A stretch of DNA of 64,000 nt from Octopus sinensis (Eukaryota). Location of the stretch: the NCBI RefSeq assembly GCF_006345805.1, contig NC_043015.1:28706001-28770000 (forward strand), in the 5' to 3' direction. Under the pieces are notes generated by a model. It saw only the letters and a program-made list of their open reading frames with translations, was not told where the DNA came from and searched no databases. A program made the position numbers and the translations under genes. Numbering within the stretch: position 1 is the stretch's first letter; each line of letters begins with the position of its first letter. Of the stretch, positions 46,191-59,406 are shown piece by piece.

Positions 46191-46571
46191 TCTTTATATA
46201 TAAAAGTGAGGTTGTGTGCTGTCTGTCTCCTACGATTTAGATTCCTAACTACTCCCACATTTTGCGGGGCAGTTTAACCAAAAGTGGGTATCTTATAGTC
46301 GTGATTCATATCGAGCCCTTCTGGGTATTAGCGCGCGTCTACGATTTAAAAAATAATTTACCATCATTTTTTTCCATTTTAATGCATTTTTTCGCTATTA
46401 TATAAGGGAAGTAACTCTCTAAAAATGTCTACGATGAGTCAACGATTTTTAAAAATAATTACCGTTGTTTTTTTTCCATTTTTTTTGCTATTTTTTGGCT
46501 ATAACTCTCTAAAAATGCTTATATAGTTATTTCCCTTACAAATCCGAGCAACGCCGGGCGATACTGCTAGT
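46191..46571 (+). mobile_element. Non-autonomous Helitron-like element
   Basis: A/TC...hairpin...CTAG/T; same family as 40334. Confidence 0.8.
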
Positions 46572-46696
46572 ATACATATAAAAATGTACAAGCAACCTGA
46601 TTGAATTTTTTTGTCGCCGACATGAAGAGAATAAGTTGTTAATCTATTCTGGAGTGTATAATTCGTTTGTGAGCATAGATTTCAATTTCTAGAGTT

Positions 46697-48966
46697 AAAT
46701 ACAAAATATTTGTTATTATAAAGTTTTTTTATGTTCTTTTTATTTTATTTGTCTATAGGCGCAGGAGTGGCTGTGTGGTAAGTAGCTTGCTTGCCAACCA
46801 CATAGTTCCCGGGTTCAGTCCCACTGCGTGGCACCTTGGGCAAGTGTCTTCTGCTATAGCCCCGGGCCGACCAATGCCTTGTGAGTGGATTTGGTAGACG
46901 GAAACTGAAAGAAGCCTGTCGTATATATGTATATTAACGGCGGTGCATCAGCATGGCCGCAGCTCTGAGCTGAAACTAGAGAAAAAATATATATGTATGT
47001 GTGTGTATATGTTTGTGTGTCTGTGTTTGTCCCCCTAGCATTGCTTGACAACTGATTCTGGTGTGTTATTGTCCCCCGTCATTTAGCGGTTCGGCAAAAG
47101 AGACCGATAGGATAAGTACTGGGCTTACAAAGAATAAGTCCCGGGATCGATTTGCTCGACTAAAGGCGGTGCTCCAGCATGGCCGCGGTCAAATGACTGA
47201 AACAAGTAAAAGAGTTAAAAGAGAGAGAGTATGTGGAACAGATATAAAACCTTTGTTGTGGCGGTCGTAAAACAGAAATTGGTGCTGGCTGATGAATCCA
47301 GTAATTTCATGGTTTGGTGTTAAATGATGAGTCAAGTAAATTTTATACTTCAGTTGCCAGCTGGGATGACGCCTGTTTTGTTGTTTATAAAACCATTTTT
47401 ACAGGTGAAAGTTCACTTATAGTACGTTAGTGTTAGATTCCAAATAGAAATCAGTTTTTTTGTTTAGGTTATTAAAAAACTGATTTACTATTAGGCTGTA
47501 CCTATGTATACATTTGTTTGTGTGTCTGTGTAGAAGTAATGTGGCCTAATGGTTAAGTTGGTGGAGTTAGTATTACAGAGTAAGAGCAGTGTTTCTCAAA
47601 GATGAAGTGTGGATTACTCCAGAATGGAACATATGTAAGTAACAATGGAAAAGGACTTACAATTAAGGTTTAAGTAAAATGTCTCTTTAATTTATACTAT
47701 CACTACAGGTTAGGGTTGACCTAATTTCCATTTAATTTAATCCAGTGCTAATATGCAACAACCAGGAATTGAGTTTAGAGCTTGATAGAATGTTTGTCAT
47801 TTATCTAATCCTGTGCCAGTGGTTAGGGCAGAGGGTTCGCGGTTTCGATTCTCAGACCGGGCATTGTGAGTGTTTATTGAGCGAAAACACCTAAAAGCTC
47901 CACGAGGCTCCGGCAGGGGGTGGTGATCCCTGCTGTACTCTTTCACCACTCTTTCTTCTGTTGGCCTGCTCGCTTAGCCAACAGCATGAGTCTCAAATAT
48001 AACTCATCTCTGAACGTGGCTTTACATTTTGCATTATGGAATACTCTTTTACTTGTTTCAGTCATTTGAGTGCGGCCATGCTGGAGCACCGTCTTTAATC
48101 GAGCAACTCGACCCCGGGACTTATTCTTTTTTTGTAAGCCCAGTACTTATTCTATCGGTCTCTTTTGCCGAACCGCTAAGTAACGGGGACATAAACACAC
48201 CAGCATCGGTTGTCAAGCAATGCTAGGGGGACAAACACACACACGCATATATATATATACACATATATACGACTGGCTTCTTTCAGTTTCCGTCTACCAA
48301 ATCCAATTTGGTCGGCCCGAGGCTATAGTAGAAGACACTTGCCCAAGGTGCCACGCAGTGGGACTGAACCCGGAACCGTGTGGTTGGTAAACAAGCTACT
48401 TACCACACAGCCACTCCTGCGCCTATGTTTAGATGCAATGACTTAAAATTTGTTAGCTTGAGTTAGACAAAGATTTTATGGCTGGATAAACCCTCACTAT
48501 GACACATGCACGAATGTGTGTGTGTGTGTGTGTGTATGTATTTTATTTGTTTCAGTCATTGGACTTTTTGGCCATGCTCAGGCACCACCTTGAAGGGTTT
48601 AGTCAAACAAATCAACCCCACTGAATTTTTTTTTTTTTTTTTTTTTTTTTTTGTCATTTCTGATACTTAATCTCTCAGTCTTTTTTGCTGAGAATTACGA
48701 GAATGTACATGTCGAGGGCTTATATACCACTATTTGGTGAACACTTATAAGCTTAAAGCTTGTAACTATTATTTACAGAAATATATATATATATATATAT
48801 ATAGGCGCAGGAGTGGCTGTGTGGTAAGTAGCTTGCTAACCAACCACATGGTTCCGGGTTCAGTCCCACTGCGTGGCACCTTGCGCAAGTGTCTTCTGCT
48901 ATAGCCTCGGGCCGACCAAAGCCTTGTGAGAGGATTTGGTAGACGGAAATTGAAAGAATCCTGTTG

Positions 48967-49005
<39 letters not shown>

Positions 49006-49480
49006 CTGTGTTTGTCCCTCTAGCATTGCTTGACAACCGATGCTGGTGTGTTTACGTCCCCGTCACTTAGTGGTTCGGCAAAAGAGACCAATAGAATAAG
49101 TACTGGGCTTACAAAGAATAGGTCCCGGGGTCGATTTGCTCGACTAAAGGCGGTGCTCCAGCATGGCCGCAGTTAAATGACTGAAACAAGTAAAAGAGTA
49201 TATATATCACCATGACCGACCAGGTCATCAGATGTTGTTACACATCGCCGGCCACAATGCGCTTTGCATTGTCTTAGCCTTGAAATGACGCCACCCCGCT
49301 GGCTAAGTGAGCAGGCCAACAGAAGAAAGAGTACAGCAGGGATCATCACCCCCTGCCAGAGCCTCGTAAAGCTTTTAGGTGTTTTCGCTCAATAAACACT
49401 CACAATGCCCGGTCTGAGAATCGAAACCGCGATCCTACGACCGCGAGTCCTCTGCCCTAACCACTGGGCCATTGCGCCTC
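46697..49480. mobile_element. SINE cluster in SKP2 intron 1: family A (46697-47228+, 48043-48424-, 48803-49199+), family D (47818-47985+, 49205-49480-)
   Basis: Family-diagnostic sequences; family D has tRNA-like GGTTAGGGCAG...GATTCTCAGACCGGGC. Confidence 0.75.
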
Positions 49481-49701
49481 TACATGAAATGATGTATATA
49501 TATATATATGAACTGATGTATATATATACATATCTCTCATTTCCAAATTTATGGTACAGTGATTCACATTGTGAAGGGGTTGCTGCTTTTAAATTGCTTG
49601 GTCTCAGAATATAAACTTGGCCAAGCTCTGTTGTGCAACCCTCAATTTTGATACACATTTGAGAGAGAACGTAAATTTTCTTTTAATTTTATGCTTAACA
49701 G

Positions 49702-49915
49702 AAAGCGTAAAGCCAGCGGTTCCCTACCAGGCCATCCTGCTTCAAAACAAAAAGAATCTTGGTTCATGGATTCGGAAAACTACATGTATAAAGAACTCGG
49801 TGTTGGCCCGTTAACAGACAACAGTCAAGATAGTAATTCCAACAGCTGCCCACTAAAAACATCTGTGGAAAAGACGCCAGCAACCCTAATATCCGACAAC
49901 TGCCAGGTTCCTGAT
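49702..49915 (+). CDS. SKP2: SKP2-like exon 2 (RKRK...SWFMDSENYMYKELGVGPL...VPD)
   Basis: TTAACAG acceptor, GTAAGT donor, phases 2/0; W..D...ELGV recalls the Skp2 N-terminal WDS...MGV motif. Confidence 0.75.
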
Positions 49916-49964
49916 GTAAGTTGAATTCAAAATTTTTGTTTACCTTTTACTTTTCATGTATTAG

Positions 49965-51812
49965 TTGTGATACCTGTGCCAGTGGCACGTAAAAAGCACC
50001 ATCCGAACATGGCCGATGCCAGCACCGCCTTGACTGGCTTCTGTGCTCGTGGCATGTAAAAAGCACCATCTGTATGTGGCCGATGCCAGCGTCGCCTTGA
50101 CTGGCTTCTGTGCTCGTGGCATGTAAAAAGCACCATCTGTATGTGGCCGATGCCAGCGCCGCCTTGACTGGCTTCTGTGCCAGTGGCACGTAAAAAGCAC
50201 CAACCGATCGTAGCCAATGCCAGCGCCACCTTGACTGGCTTCTGTGCCGGTGGCACGTAAAAAGCACCAACTGATCGTGGCTGCTGCCAGACTCCCCCGG
50301 CACATAAATAGCACCCACTATACTCATGGAGTGGTTGGCATTAGGAAGGACATCCAGCTGTAGAAACACTGCCAGATCAGACTGGAGCCTAGTGCAGCCT
50401 CCTGGCTTCCCAGACCCCGGTTGAACCGTCCAACTCGTGCTAGCACGGAAAACGGACGTTAAACGATGATGATGTGTGAACAGTCCCTGAAAATGGAACT
50501 GAGATATGAGATTTCAACCTACATAGGTTTAAAAAAAAAGAAGTTGTAATCTTCGCCATTGTTATCAGTTTGTCTTTTTTCTTTTCAGAAGCTCACTTTG
50601 CAATCACATGGTTTCAGGTTCAGTTCCACTGCTTGGCAACTTGAGCAAATGTCTCCTCCTATAGCCCCAGATAGACCAATGCCTTGTGAATGTATCTGGT
50701 CGACTGATACTAAAAGAAACCTATTGTGTGTGATTGTTTATTTTTATGTTCAGTTATAAAAAAAACAATTTTACATTAATCTGATGGGTTACTCTATACT
50801 TTGGTAGAATTTGTAGTTTGTGGTACCAGTGCCGGTGGGACATAAGAAAACCATCCGAACGTGGCCGTACCCAGCACCGCATCAACTGGCCTCCGTGCTG
50901 GTGGCACATAACAAACACATCTGAGCGTGGCCGTTCGCCAGCATCGTCTGGCACATAAAAAGCACCATCCAACCGTGGCTGATGCCAGCGCCACCTTGAC
51001 TGGCTTCCGTGTCGGTGGCACGCAAAAACCACCAACCAATCGTGGCCGTTGCCAGCCTACCCTCGCACCTGTGCCGGTGGCACGTAAAAAGCACCCACTA
51101 CACTCACGGAGTGGTTGGCGTTAGGAAGGGCATCTAGCTGTAGAAACACTGCCAGATCAGACTGGTGCCTGGTGCAGCCTCCTGGCTTCCCAGACCCCAG
51201 TCAAACCGTCCAACCCATGCTAGCATGGAAAGCGGATGTTAAACGATGATGATGAATACAAAATTAATTATTCTTCTACAGGAATAATATTGACAATGAG
51301 TCCAGCAATGACCAAAACTTTGAAGTTACTGCCAATAACATTCGTTTATGAATAATACATATGTGTTTGTGTTCGACAAACACACTGCTCAAAATCAAAA
51401 TCGATCAACATCAATGGAAATTGCAGCTGCGATACTAGTGCCGGTGGCATGTAAGCGAACCATCCGAACGTGGCCGTTGCCAGTGCCGCCCCAACGGGCC
51501 TCTGTGTAGGTGGCACGTAAAAAGCACCATCTGATCGTGGCCTATGCCAGCCTCGCCTGACCCCCGTGTCGGTGGTACGTAAAAAGCACCATCCGACCGT
51601 GGCCGTTTGCCAGCTTTGCCTGGCACCTGTGCCGGTGGCACGTAAAAAGCACCCACTACACTCACGGAGTGGTTGGCGTTAGGAAGGGCATCCAGCCATA
51701 GAAACATTGCCAGATCAGACTGGGCCTGGTGCAGCCTCCTGGCTTCCCAGACCCCAGTTGAACCGTCCAACCCATGCTAGCATGGAAAGCAGCACTAAAT
51801 GATGATGATGAC
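49965..51812 (+). mobile_element. Three SINE family C copies with expanded ~58-bp VNTR (49965-50475, 50820-51255, 51400-51812)
   Basis: Repeated GTGGCACGTAAAAAGCACC units ending in AAACGATGATGATG tails. Confidence 0.8.
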
Positions 51813-52857
51813 TGCTTGACAGCCGGTGCTGGTTTGTTTATGTGTCCATAACTTAGCAGTTTCACAAAAATGATCAATAAAGTACTTGGATTGATTTATT
51901 TGATTAAAACCCTTCATGCCAGTGCCTTTTAGTCAACCAAATCGACCCCAAGACTTATTCTTCGTTAGCCTGGTACTTATTCTATTGGTCTCTCTTGCCG
52001 AACCGCTAAGTGACAGGGACGTAAACACACCAGCATCGGTTGTCAAGCGATTTTGGGAGGACAAACATATACATACATACATACATCGCAATGGCCTAGT
52101 GGTTAGGGCAGCGGACTCGCGGTCGCAGGATCGCGGTCTCGATTCCTAGACCGGGCGTTGTGAGTGTTTTTTGAGCAAAAACACCTAAAAGCTCCACGAG
52201 GCTCCGGTGGGTGGTGGTGATCCCTGCTGTACTCTTTCACCGCTCTTTCTCCTACTCTTTCTTCTGTTAGCCTGCTCGCTTAGCCAGCGGGGTGGCGTCA
52301 TTTGGAGGCTAAAACAATGCAAACGCATTGTGACCAGCGATGTGTAACTACATCTGATAGCCTGGTCGGTCACGGTGATATATATATGTATATACATACA
52401 TACATACATATATATATGTACATACATATATATATATATACATATATCTATGTATATCCATACATACATATATATATATGTATATACATACATATATATA
52501 TGTATGTACATACATATATATATATATACATGAAGTGCTTCTTTCAGTTTCCCTCTACCAAATCCACTCACATGGCTTTGGTCGGCCCGAGGCTATAGCA
52601 GAAGACACTTGTCCAAGGTGCCATGCAGTGGGACTGAACCCGGAACCATGTGGTCGGTAAGCAAGCTACTTACCACACAGTCACTCTTACGCCTATATGA
52701 ATGTTGAATGATAATGGTGATCTGCAATTGCAGATTTATCTAACGAACGCTAACACAAAACACTAAAATGAATTCATTTGTAAAAACGAAACGAAATTGT
52801 TTTGATTTTGTGCTTGTATTAATATTATAGTAACCAGTGATTGTTAAATTGTTTCAG

Positions 52858-53002
52858 GCACCTTGCGTGATGGCCACCAGTCATCTTGTAAATAACTCTA
52901 ACAGCAGCAGCCCCCAGAACCCTCGTATTTTAAAGAGCTTGCCTCAGAGAGATGATGATTTCATTCGAAGGCGGAAGAAAGTTCTTTGTCGATCTGGTTC
53001 AA
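52858..53002 (+). CDS. SKP2: SKP2-like exon 3 (APCV...DDDFIRRRKK...GSS)
   Basis: TTTCAG/GTAAGT, phases 0/1; DDDFIRRRK parallels human DKDFVIVRRPK. Confidence 0.8.
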
Positions 53003-53258
53003 GTAAGTTACTATTCTTTCTATTATTTTAAAATCTATTTGCACATAAAGTCGTTCTTTGCCTTTATTTATCACAGTTTAACCCTTTCGTTACTATATTT
53101 ATTTTGAGATGCTCTGCTCCAGCATGGCCGCAGTCAAATGACTGAAACAATTGAAAGAGTAAAAGAGTATACATACATATATATATATGTTGTTTTTTTT
53201 GTTTGTTTGTTTTTTTACCATTTGTGAATTCTTAGACTTGTCAAATTCTTCGTTGCAG

Positions 53259-53367
53259 GTTTGGCTGAGTTGCTTCCTGACTTGGTTCTGCTGAATATCT
53301 TCAAATATTTGCCCAAAGTTGTACTTACCAAGTGTGCGCAAGTGTGTAAAAAATGGCAAAGAATCAT
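53259..53367 (+). CDS. SKP2: SKP2-like exon 4, F-box (LPDLVLLNIFKYL...CAQVCKKW)
   Basis: TTGCAG/GTAAGT, phases 1/2; canonical F-box motif. Confidence 0.9.
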
Positions 53368-54827
53368 GTAAGTAGCTAATGAAACACTTCGACCCTTTGT
53401 CCGATATCTTTTTCTAAATATTTTGAAGAATTCTTCCCAATATTAGAAATCTAAATAAATCCCATGTCTGGTGATCGCAAGAGGTTTTTTTTTTTTTGTT
53501 TTTTTGTTTTTTTTTTTTAACTTGTTTCAGTCATTTGACTGCGGCCATGCTGGGGCACCGCCTTTAGTTGAGAAAATCGAACCCCGGGACCTATTCCTTG
53601 TAAGCCCAGTACTTATTCTATCGGTCTCCTTTGCCGAACCGCTAAGTAACGGGGACGTAAACACACCAGCATCGGTTGTCAAGCAATGCTAGGGGGACAA
53701 ACACAGATACGCAAACATATACACACACACACACACATATATATATACATATATACGACGGGCTTCTTTCAGTTTCCGTCGACCAAATCCACTCACAAGG
53801 CATTGGTTGGCCCGGGGCTATAGTAGAAGACACTTGCCCAAGATGCCACACAGTGGGACTGAACCCGGAACCATGTGGTTGGTAAGCAAGCTACTTACCA
53901 CACAGCCACTCCTGCCATTCTAGGCATTTACACTAGACTCAATTAATATCTTTTATCTTTTACTTGTTTCACTCATTGAGCTGTGGCCATGCTGCAACCC
54001 CAGTAATTTTTTTTTTTAATCCTATTACTTATTCCATTTGGTCTCTTTTGCCAAACTGCTAAATTACAGTGGACGTAAACAAACCAACATCAGTTGTCGA
54101 GTGGTAGTGGAGGATGCAAGCGCGCACACACACACACACACATACATGACAGGTCTCTTTCAGTTTCTGTCTTACCAAAATCCACTCACAAGGCCATGGT
54201 TGGTCCAGGGCTAAAGTAAAAGATATTTGCCCGAGGTGCCACACAGTGGGACTGAACCCAAGACCATATGGTTGCGAGGCAAGCTTCTTACTGACACAGC
54301 CATGCATGTACCTAGCTGTGCTGGCAGAATCATTTAGAGTCTTGGATAGATTTCCTTGTGGTGTCTGTTCTGTGTTCAAATTCCTCCACAGTCAACTTTG
54401 ACTTTCGTCCTTTTAAGGTCATTTACGGTAAAACCTCAATCTGGTTCTATGGATTGGTAGAATTGTTAGTGTCAGTTTTGACTCTTTTTTTTTTTTATTC
54501 TGATGTCAATACCTGTGACGATACTGTGGGACCAAGTTATATTGACCTTGACTTTCCTTTGGACATCATTGAAGATGGTGGAGGAGTGCATGCATATACA
54601 CATGCACACACAAACTGTTCAAACCTGCAACTTTCATAAAAAAATTTTCAAGTACTGAAATCTATGGTTCAACTCTGACTATGGACAGGTGGGGGGGGGG
54701 GGCTAATTCTACCAAGAACTTGTGAGTCAGAGAATAACATCTGTAGATATTTTATTGTCCAGGGATTGTTATAACATTCTATGGAAGTGTTATCCGAAAT
54801 AAAATTCTCCTTTTCTTTTTTATTTAA

Positions 54828-55047
54828 CCCTTTCGTTACCAACCTGGCTGAAACCGGCTCTGGCTCTTTCGTACAAATGTCTTGTTTTCATAAATTTTGA
54901 ATTCAAATCTTCCACCAATCTTAGTCACAATTTATGTTCCTAACACTAGCTGAATGATAACTAAGTTATTTTACTAAATTCTTTGTTATATTTAAAATAA
55001 TTGGAAGAAACACAGAGCATCTCAACAGAAATACAGTAATGAAAGGG
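54828..55047. mobile_element. piggyBac-type MITE
   Basis: TTAA-CCCTTTCGTTAC ... GTAATGAAAGGG-TTAA; related end fragment at 53079-53117. Confidence 0.85.
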
Positions 55048-55112
55048 TTAACTGTTTAAGAATGTAAAAGAATTTGTTACTTCTTTAACCTTCTGCATAA
55101 TGTCATTTGTAG

Positions 55113-55227
55113 GGAATCCGAGTGTCTTTGGAAGCGCCTAGATCTTGGCAACAAAACATTAACCGAAGGAGTTCTTGGTCAGATTCTCAACAGAGGTGTT
55201 GTTGTACTCCGACTAACGAGAGCTGAG
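55113..55227 (+). CDS. SKP2: SKP2-like exon 5 (ESECLWKRLDLGNKTLTEGVLGQILNRGVVVLRL)
   Basis: TTGTAG/GTAAGC, phases 2/0; parallels human DESLWQTLDL...GRLLSQGVIAFR. Confidence 0.9.
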
Positions 55228-55574
55228 GTAAGCCTCATTATTTAATGTTACTGGCTTTCTTCATCTGGAACAAAGTATATTTATTAATTATTTTATTATT
55301 CTAGTTTATTTTTAACCTGATGAGTGGCTATATTTATATTGAAGTGATTTTACTACTACTATTAATTAATTTTTTTTACTATAATCATTTCTTAAATATA
55401 GCCACGAAACACGTGTCGTTATTCTACCAATTATATACGTTTTTATTATTTTTTTGCAATTTACTTAATCATCGGTATATTATTGATATTTTAATTTTAA
55501 TATTTCTATTATATGTAATTTTCTAGATGGTGTAATTTAATTGTTCATTTTGAATTGATAAAAGGTGTTTTTTT

Positions 55575-55609
55575 TCTAATTTATATATATATATATATAT
55601 ATAATAAAG

Positions 55610-55640
<31 letters not shown>

Positions 55641-55860
55641 GTGTATGTATGTATATATATGTATGTATGTGTATGTATGTATATATATGTATGTATATAT
55701 AATATATGTATGTGTATGTATGTATGTATGTATATATGTATGTATGTATGTATATATGTATGTATGTATATATATATGTGTGTATGTATATATATATATA
55801 TATGTATGTATATATATATAATATATATATATATATGTATGTATGTATATATATATTATG
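55575..55860. repeat. Degenerate (TATG)n/(TA)n microsatellite
   Basis: Directly visible simple repeat. Confidence 0.9.
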
Positions 55861-56056
55861 TGTTGGACCAATTAATTCCTACTCATTTTTTCCCTCTCCC
55901 TGCTTTTTTGGGTTCTCTCTCCACTTTTTTTCCCTCTCAACCCTTTCTGTCGAAAAGTGTAGTTTCAAAATGTCAAAGATTTTTCCATTCTTCCCAAATT
56001 AATACAGCTACTTGTTCCTTCATCTATCTTCATCTTTTTTGTTTTCTGTAAATTTG

Positions 56057-56120
<64 letters not shown>

Positions 56121-56876
56121 TATATGTGTGTGTCTATATATTGGGTCATCTCATAAATAATGTGGATTTTTTATACTTTCATTTTTCAAAATTAAGATAA
56201 GCAAAGTTCTACGGTTGCGTAGGAAGTCGGGGGACAAGAAACAGGAAGAAAGAGTGAGAGAAAGTTGGGGCGAAGGAGTAGAACAGGGGTCGCCACGCGC
56301 CCCCCCCCCCCCCCTACCGGAGCCTCGTGAAGCTTTGGGCGTTTTCGCTCAATAAACACACAGAGCGCCCGGTCTGGGAATCTATGGCTCGATGCCCTTC
56401 CTAACGCTAACCACTTCACAAAGTGTGCTGGGTGGTTTTTCACAGCACTGCACGAGCGCTTTTACATGGCGCTGCATGGGCTTTTCTATATGGTACCACC
56501 ACAAGTGCTTTACGCGACCCGAAGGATCGGTCTTAACACTTCTGCTGCGGAGCACGGGTCTTCCTGAGTATGGCAAGGCACCAGGTATTTCGGCCCTTCG
56601 TCATCTCACCTGAAAGGTTCAACGTCCTGAGGTTTGCTCTTCAGTATTTCATCCATACTTGATGTATGTATTTGTGTGTTTGTGTCCCTCTCTCGTACCT
56701 CACATGATAATTGTGAACGAATCACTTGATCCCAACGTTCTGGGGAATGTCTCGCCATGGAAGAATATTACCTTGCTTGGAAATGGGTAAGGATTGACTA
56801 GAGGAAGGGCATCCAGCTGTGGAAAATCTGCCTCAAACTCAATCAGACCTGTGCAAATGATAGGATGTGTTTCGAA

Positions 56877-57108
56877 GGCGGCGAGCTGGCAGAAACGTTA
56901 GCACACCGGGCGAAATGCTTAGCGGTATTTCGTCTGCCGTTGCGTTGTGAGTTCAAATTCCGCCGAGGTCGACTTTGCCTTTCATCCTTTCTGGGTCGAT
57001 AAATTAAGTACCAGTTCCACACTGGGGTCGACGTAATCGACTTAATACCTATGTCTGTCCTTGTTTGTCCCCTCTGTGTTTAGCCCCTTGTGGGCAGTAA
57101 AGAAATAG
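56877..57108 (+). mobile_element. SINE family B (monomer)
   Basis: GGCGGCGAGCTGGCAGAAACGTTAGCA...GGGCAGTAAAGAAATAG. Confidence 0.85.
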
Positions 57109-57158
57109 GATGTGTTTCATAAATTAATCTTTTGTTTGTTTTTTTTTTATTTTTTCAG

Positions 57159-57208
57159 ATATCTTCTCCAATCTACACTGGTCCAACTAGTGTCTTCAGT
57201 TCTACAAA
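57159..57208 (+). CDS. SKP2: SKP2-like exon 6 (ISSPIYTGPTSVFSST)
   Basis: Strong T-rich acceptor, GTAAGT donor, phases 0/2 bridging exons 5 and 7. Confidence 0.8.
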
Positions 57209-57567
57209 GTAAGTCATTTATTCTTTTACTTGTTTCAGTCATTTGACTGTAGTCATGCTGGAGCACTGCCTATCATTTTTTAAATTTTGCTTTTTTTATA
57301 TCCAACGGCAACCCTTTTCTACTAGCAATTACTGTAGCACATGTATACTTTTGAGACACGTGGTGTTTTGGTATGTGCAGCCAAAAAGACCAAAATATTT
57401 TCTCTATTGAGATACATCTACTGAATGACAATCTCTGATTATCTGTTGCACTTCAAAACCAACCATCCACAACATTTGTTCCGTCAGGCCGATGGATCAG
57501 CCTCAAAGTCCTTTCAGCTTGTATCACTTGGGCTGATCAGTCAGCCTGGGTGTCCTAAGAGGGTTAA

Positions 57568-58173
57568 TCTCTCTCTATATAAATGGCAAAATGTCTGTGT
57601 GTGTGTGTCCTTTATACAAATCCACAATTTTTCAGTTAGAGGGCTCGCACTTTCTATGGTCATTCAAAACCATCAAAGGATGGTCGTGCACATCTTTGCA
57701 TTTCCCCAGTCACCCAACAAAGCCACTAAAAAAATCAATAGCAGTGACTTTTTTGTGAATTTTCTATGCAAAACCCAATCAAAATGCCCGAAACTTGATA
57801 CGCCAATTGAATGCCAGCTAGCTGTATGTGATTGGTTGGAGATTTGGATAGTATTCACGTGTATGTGTGCACGCACGCAGCTGTATATGCATGCGAGCTG
57901 GCAGAAACGTTAGCATGCCGGGCGAAATGCCAAGCGGTATTTTGTCTGCCGCTACATTCTGAGTTCAAATTCCGCCGAGGTCGACTTTGCCTTTCATCCT
58001 TTTGGGGTCGATTAAATAAGTACCAGTTACGCACTGGAGTCGATATAATCGACTTTATCCATTTGTCTGTCCTTGTTTGTCTCCTCTGTGTTTAGCCCCT
58101 TGTGGGTAGTCAAGAAATATGTATATGCATGCACTAGCACTATGACCTGGCGTTGCCGGGTCATAGTGCTAGT
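57568..58173 (+). mobile_element. Helitron-like element with nested SINE B (57895-58118) and 41-bp terminal hairpin
   Basis: TCTCTCTCTATATAAATGG 5' end; ACTAGCACTATGACC...GGGTCATAGTGCTAGT 3' end; the same hairpin occurs at 7625-7665. Confidence 0.7.
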
Positions 58174-59271
58174 AACAACTAAATTATTTTGCCAAATTCT
58201 TCTTCATTCTTGAAAAGAATTGAAACAAAGGCAGTGTTATGGGAAAAATTCTTTCCGTGTCCTTTCTTTGAAGTGGCAGCTAGAAAGGGTTAGAGACTTC
58301 TTCCTTCGTCACCCACACAATATACTCTTTTGCTTGTTTCAGTCATTTGACTGCGGCCATGCTGGAGCACCGCCTTTAGTCGAGCAAATCGACCCCGGGA
58401 CTTATTCTTTGTAAGCCCAGTACTTATTCTATCGGACCCTTTTGCCGAACCGCTAAGTGACGGGGACGTAAACACACCAGCATCGGTTGTCAAGCAATGC
58501 TAGGGGGACAAACACAGACACACAAACATACACACACATATATATATATATATATACATATATACGACAGGCTTCTTTCAGTTTCCGTCTACGAAATCCA
58601 CTCACAAGGCTTTGGTCGGCCCGAGGCTATAGTAGAAGACACTTGCCCAAGGTGCCACGCAGTGGGACTGAACCCGGAACCATGTGGTTGGTAAGCAAGC
58701 TACTTACCACACAGCCACTCCTGCGCCTATGGAGATAAATTTAAGTGAGCGATGTCTCAAGCATTTTAATTGAATTTATTCCATATCAGCTTTTTATTTT
58801 AATGTTAGCCTTGTTTTGACATTTTATACATGTTGGCCTTGTGCCATCTTGTCTGTGATACTCTGAAGTCTTACATAACTACATCATCATCATCGTTTAG
58901 CGTCCGTTCTCCATGCTAGCATGGGTTGGACGGTTTAACTGGGGTCTGTGAAGCCGGAAGGCTTCATCAGGCCCAGTCAGATTTGGCAGTGTTTCTACGG
59001 CTGGATGCCCTACCTAACGCCAACCACTCCGTGAGTGTAGTGGGTGCTTTTTACGTGCCACCTGCACAGGTGCCAGACAGAGCTGGCAAACGGCCACGAA
59101 TCAAGCTAAAACACACCCTGCTTACTCTCCCCACCCAACCAATTAGCATCTTGTATATTTTCCCCTTTACCTCCTGAAGTAATTACATAACAAATTTATT
59201 CATGAAAATTGTAATTTTAAATGGTTGTACCTTGCCTTCTTGTGAACTAAATCTCTTTTTTTTACTTACAG

Positions 59272-59406
59272 GCTTTCTAAGCTGCAGTATTTAGACCTGA
59301 GTATAGCAAATATATCTGTGCAGGGCTTGGGTGAGATTCTGGCTAAGTGCCATGACTTGCGTAAATTGAGCCTTGAAAGTTGCGACGTCGACGATGCTGT
59401 GTGTAG
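59272..59406 (+). CDS. SKP2: SKP2-like exon 7, LRR (LQYLDLS...ILAKCHDLRKLSLE)
   Basis: TTACAG/GTAAGT, phases 2/2; parallels human VQHMDLS...ILSQCSKLQNLSLE. Confidence 0.9.

Noticed and set aside
57425-57913. 162-aa ORF as an extra SKP2 exon or nested gene
   Set aside because: Crosses a Helitron-like element and a SINE head; exons 6 and 7 already join in phase without it.
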